From: the human T2T-CHM13v2.0 reference genome, Homo sapiens
Length of the DNA: 64,000 nucleotides
NCBI RefSeq assembly: GCF_009914755.1
Contig: NC_060937.1
Strand: one strand, 5' to 3'
Position numbers and translations under genes: made by a program. The notes below the pieces were generated by a model that saw only the letters and a program-made list of their open reading frames with translations, had not been told where the DNA came from and searched no databases. Positions 58,080 to 64,000 of this stretch are shown here, piece by piece. How positions within the stretch are numbered: the stretch's first letter is position 1; each line of letters starts with the position of its first letter.

Positions 58080-59357
58080 TGTCACAGCACCTGTGGGTGT
58101 CACTTGACCAGCTGGAAACCTCTGTGGGCTGGCAGTGCCTCTGCTTGAGTTTTGCTCGTGCCCACTAGCCTCGTTCCACCCATTCTGCCCAGCAGGCTGC
58201 ATTCGGCTTGCACTGCCAGCCCAGATCCCATGCCTGCCAAGGGCAAACCAGGAATGGAGCAGCGAGGGGTGTGTGAGTGAGTGAGCATGGAGTCCAGCCT
58301 CTGCACACAGCCAGGCATGTCAGCTGTTGCAGCAGGGCAGGCAGCTCCAGGTGCCGGCACAGGTGCTGGCTCCATGCAAGGCTGTGGCTGGACCAGATGC
58401 ACTGTAGCTGGCTTCCGCTGCAGGCACCAGCGTGTGGACGAGGGGAACGTGGTGACGAGTGAAAGCTCAGAGATACCAGGAATCACAGAGCCCCAAAGAG
58501 GGTGTTACGGCCTGTCACAGCCTGGTTCTCATCTGGGCTCCCAGAAGGGCCACAGCTCTCTTCTTCTCATCACCTGCATTACAGCAAGCAGGGGGGCTTG
58601 TTTCTGGGAGTATGTTTCACCCCATTTGTGTTATATCTCCTTCAGTCCCACTGCCCCACTCCAGCATGCAGCTCTTGGGCTGGTCTAGCCCCACCACTGC
58701 TTCCTGTTGCATGTTGCAGCTGCCTGGTGCTGGTGGAAATTGGGAGGGTTATAGTGTTACAACTTTAGTTGAGGGAATCCCAAGGTTTGGGCCCCCAGAA
58801 GGGTTGCCACTCTTCACGCCTGCAGTCCAGGGGCATGTCACTGTCTGTAGCTCGGTGAGCTGGCCAGGAATTTGTTGCAGCCCCTTTAACTCCCACCTGC
58901 AGCTGGGCGAGCCATCCGGGAAAGTGTTACAGCTCCTTTCGCTCCCACCATTGGGCAGGTTCCACATCCAGGAAAAATGAAGTTACGTGGACAAACGGAG
59001 GGTGAGCAAGGCTGAGAAGAGCTTTATTGGGTGACTGAACAACTCTCAGCCCATAGGAGACCTGGAATGTGTTGCTCCTCTCTGCAGGCAGGTAGTCCCA
59101 ATGAGTGGCGGAGTCTGGGGGTTTTTATAGGCTCAGAATGGAGGAAGTGCATGCTGATTGGTCCATGGGCAGGCCTGGAAAAAGCACCATTTGATTGGTT
59201 GAAAGGCATCAAGGAAGTTCTCACTCCAGGTCGCTGACTTCACACGAAATTGGCATCTGTGCCCTGAGGCTTCAGGCTGTCCCTGGCTTGAAGGTGGGGT
59301 TTCACTGCGGACCCGCCCCTTCCCACCTAGGTACCTGTCCACCTCCCACCACCATCA
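58080..59357 (-). mobile_element. MER52-family ERV1 solo LTR
   Basis: tg...ca termini with perfect 4-bp TSD ctaa (58076-79, 59358-61). Minus-strand CCAAT boxes (59157-61, 59194-98), TATAAAAA (59122-29), AATAAA (59023-28). Confidence 0.85.
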
Positions 59358-60544
59358 CTAAGTCTGTTTAATTTCCTAGGAATGAATTAGGAACATGCAG
59401 TTTGGTACCTGTCGGCCTTTGAATGATGCTTGTTTAAAGAGATTTTTATGATGGGTTATTGTACTTATTTTAGAGTAGATCATAAGCACCTCATTAATTG
59501 ACTAAGCTAATAGCTGTCAAGGTTACAACAGCAGTTTTTTTCATATTCTATCAAACATCTTTATAATTTTCACTTTATAAACACTGAGTAATATTACCTT
59601 ACATAGCTGGAAGATGGGGAAATGCATTCATGTGTATATATTGCAGATTATTCTTCACATACATTTCTAGATTGATTTGCAGGTATAGATGGTGCTTGCC
59701 ATAGAGAATAATCCCCTAGCAAATGCTCCTTCCCACCCATCCCTGGGGAGGACCTCAGTTTTGTCTTAGCACCTACAGATGAATGATTGCACAGCAAGTT
59801 TGCAGACTCAGAAGCCAGGACAGCCTCTGCACTGTCCATCTTGACCTTTGCTGTACAGACAGACCTGGTTAGTAGAACCTTTGTAGAAAGACCTAGAAAG
59901 TAGGACTATCGCAGAGTACTTTCAGATTGAGATTAGTCTCAAGGTCCCCTGGGCAGCCAGAGAAGTGAGACTGCATATTGTCTGTTACCTGAGGTTCCCG
60001 TGGAGAGCTCACCAGTTTGAGAGGTCTTGACTATTGAGAACCGTCTGCTCATTTGCATATTTGAGCCTGTGGAGCAGTTGTAAGGACACAGGAGTAGTTA
60101 CCAGACTTAGGAAGGAGTTCCAGTTCTGTTGGCTCCTGTTTGTACAACTGACCAAACTTCACTAATTCCTGGGTGAGATGAAGGATGAAGGGTAACATTC
60201 CTTCCACTAAACACCCTACCTGCGCCACTCGTAGTTTGTAACCTCCCCTCCCTAAAAAAGGATTTGTATATGTCTGGAGGGTTTTTTTATGTTAAAGATT
60301 GGATTTTATTTTCTGCTTAACAGAATTATTTTTTTAAAAATCATTGAAATATTTTATTCCTGAGAACCTGTTAAGTGAATATATATGAACTAGTGTGTAG
60401 TTATTTGCCAGGGTGATTTTGACCATTTTATGGTTTTATATGTATATTTGCTATTGTTAGTTATATCAAATTTAATTTCTACCCACAAAAGATCACCAAA
60501 GATAGAAAGCAGAACAACAATTATATTGAAATTCAGTTTATTAA

Positions 60545-60922
<378 letters not shown>

Positions 60923-60961
60923 CAGAATTCTTATATAGCACATCAGGCTTCCTCTTGTACT

Positions 60962-61466
<505 letters not shown>

Positions 61467-62064
61467 TGTACTCTTAACATATATGTCAAAAAGAGAAAAT
61501 ATAGTTATGGCTTTACCCATAACTTATACATTGCATCTTATACACTGGGAATGTTCGGTGTTACTTGTAGAGAAGTGCTTGTGAAGTAGAACCTGAAACC
61601 TTTTTTATTTTGGCTTTGGGAAACAAAATACAAACTAAGGGAAACAAACAGGAAAAGGGTGACACGCAAGGATTCCAGCCTTCATGAGTTAAAAGCAATT
61701 TTTGTCTATTTTGTAGCATTACAAAATTAAATTTCAGTCTTTACTATTTTTCAATATACAGTTTTTTTATTCAGCTCATTAACAGTAAGGTTCTACTTAC
61801 AGGATTAAAGCAAATTTAAACTTATTGTTGAATATGAAAAGTTGTAATCAACATATATTATGGTGTTATTTAAAATAAATATTATAATGTACTTTCAATA
61901 GGGAGAATAATTTTTATTTAGAATCACTTATTTATATCATACTGTCCTAAAAATAACAAAATAATCGTTGAAAAATTTTAAGCAGTCTAACAAGATTGTG
62001 TATTGCTGTGAAAAAGAGCTGGGAAAATGTCCTGCCGCTTTAATTTACAAAGCATGCCATGCTC

Positions 62065-62079
62065 CTGCCACCTAGTGGT
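62065..62079 (-). promoter_or_regulatory. Candidate CTCF site
   Basis: Minus strand reads ACCACTAGGTGGCAG, a canonical CTCF core variant in unique sequence. Confidence 0.6.
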
Positions 62080-63584
62080 AAGCTTTAAGAGCAGTGGTTT
62101 GTTGAACAAGTACTTAAGCTTGTGACCTGTTTTAAGTTACAGGTTGCATTTACTTGTTGACAGTGCTGTCTGTTGCCTTATGGAGGTGTTGCCTAGGAGT
62201 CTGGAGCATTCATGCTGCTTCTCCTACCAGCTCACAAGGAGAAACCCCCTCTTTAGTGAGTGGAAACTCAGGCAGCAGAGTCAGTGGTTCAGGTAGTGCT
62301 AAATATGCCATGGAAAAAACTCTTAAATGATGACAACCAATTGGACCCCTCTCCAGGGAGCTATGGTAAGCTGCAGTCTCTTGGCACATGTTTCTAGTTG
62401 AGTTGGGACCCTGGCTCTATTATTAAAAGATCCCTGGCAACCGGGGCAAACTGTTGAACTTCTCCTGCCGTGGGTCTTCTCAAGGGTAGGATATGGAGTA
62501 ACTTCATCTGCCCCTGGGGATGGTAAGAGCCAGTGAAATTATGGATGTCAAACACTTAGCCCGCCCTTTGACACTGACTGCCCACTGTGTGGTTATCACT
62601 GTTTAGATGATTTTTCCATCCTAGATTGACATGGCTTTTTAAGACAGGGACGTTAAGGTCGGTTCTTTCCAGAACTCTTTTTCAATATAACACTGTTACA
62701 GTCTTACAGGGGATGGAGAAGTTCTTCAAACAGTTAGTTTGACATCATGCTACTTAAAAAAAAAGCATAAGAGTTAAGTTCCTGCATAATCCAACATTTA
62801 TATTTTCATGAAACCATGTCCCCAACCAAATTTGTTGAACACATGTCAGATACAAGAGACCAGTTAGGTATGACTCTATAGGGAATGTGGTGATGCCAAT
62901 GAAGTTGTACCTGTGCCCAGATACACTTAAAACATAGGAGAACTTGATGGATTCAATTCCATAAAAGTGGTAAAAGCAAAATGCTATGGGTTTCAGAGGA
63001 CTTGCAGTTCTCACCCATGTACCAAATCAAGGAAGGCTTCATAAGGGTGACTGAATCTGATTTGAAGAAGGAGGATTTCTACAGATGGTTATGGAGAGGA
63101 CAGGGGCATTTCAGTGAGGTGTAGAGTAGGTTGGGCATGTGTGCAGAGATATTCTGTGATTGGAGAGAACAGGAAGTAATGTAATTTGGTTTGATATAGA
63201 GGAATAATCCAAGTTAAGATGGAATCATTAAGCAGAAGTCAAACAGTGCATAAGGAATTGTCATGTACCTCACCACTCAACACCTGCTATGTGAACAGAA
63301 GGGGTTGAAACAAAAAGAAGCTGTCTGTACTCTCATGGGTTCAGAGCCTAGCTGGTGAGAGGAATGTGTGCAGGTCATTATGATGTAGTGGTAAGGGCTC
63401 CTCATGAGAATGCAGTAAGTGCCGCAGGAGCCCCAAAGGCGGCAGAATGAAGAACTCTGGCTGGAAAGTGGCAGAATTGGGGAGGGACAGTGGAGTGGGG
63501 TCTTTAGTGCCCCGGGCGGCGGTTGCAGAAGGGCACTGGACTTCCAGGCTGGCGGGAAGAGTGTAGAACAGGAGGCAGATGCCC

Positions 63585-63770
63585 ACATCTGAGCTCAGCT
63601 CTGCTGCTTACCAGTTCTCGACCTTTGCTAAACCTCATTTTCCTTGCCTGTAAACTGTGGGTGATAAGTGTCCCGACCACATAGGATCGTTGTGCAGATT
63701 AGCTGAGGTGATGTGTGGACTTAACATGGGGCTTTGTATATAAGTTTCTAGCAAAGTGATGCATCTATTG
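63585..63770 (+). mobile_element. MIR fragment
   Basis: cagctctgctgcttaccag...cctcattttccttgcctgtaaact...gttgtgcagattagctgag. Confidence 0.65.
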
Positions 63771-64000
63771 TGCTCAGGGAGCTGCAGACGGCTTGCAGAA
63801 CTTCTGTACAGGGTGGCTGGGTGGAGAGGAGGGAGATCAGGTTAAGCAGTTAGGTCTGGACATCATTAGGAAGGGCCTCGCTTACAGCTGTGAATTTGGA
63901 CTTTACTCTGTAAGTGGTGGAAAGTCAGTGACATTGTCAGGGCAGGGACTCAGAGGGACATTCCGTGGCTGGGGTTGATCAGACCAGCTCTGTAGAGAGG

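Noticed and set aside
58100-58980. 128-173 aa ORFs downstream of the exon
   Set aside because: They lie wholly inside the GC-rich MER52 LTR, with no gag/pol/env similarity.

Overview
Primate (human-like) genomic DNA, about half interspersed repeat. I recognise it as part of SPATA13 (ASEF2/ARHGEF29, a Rho-family GEF gene) on the + strand. It holds ~56 kb of upstream intron, one large internal exon (55871-57634, 1764 nt, ATG at 55982) encoding the disordered N-terminus of the long isoform, and ~6 kb of the next intron. The rest is Alus, L1s of several ages, L2/MIR relics, a near full-length Tigger1, Tigger3, MER30, MER5, MaLR/ERVL/ERV1 solo LTRs, a 37-nt U2 retrocopy and simple repeats. No prokaryotic-type system is present. 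Best leads: (1) the exon frame reads through the donor into a hydrophobic tail whose stop abuts AATAAA; (2) the exon is stop-free and 3n long, so a back-spliced circle would have an endless ORF; (3) a 51-bp-arm hairpin inside a stop-poor unique region at 3.4-4.2 kb; (4) a 34-bp-arm AT-rich palindrome in an expanded Alu tail; (5) an antisense MER52 LTR just after the exon. Repeat names and many boundaries come from recalled consensus sequences and are approximate.
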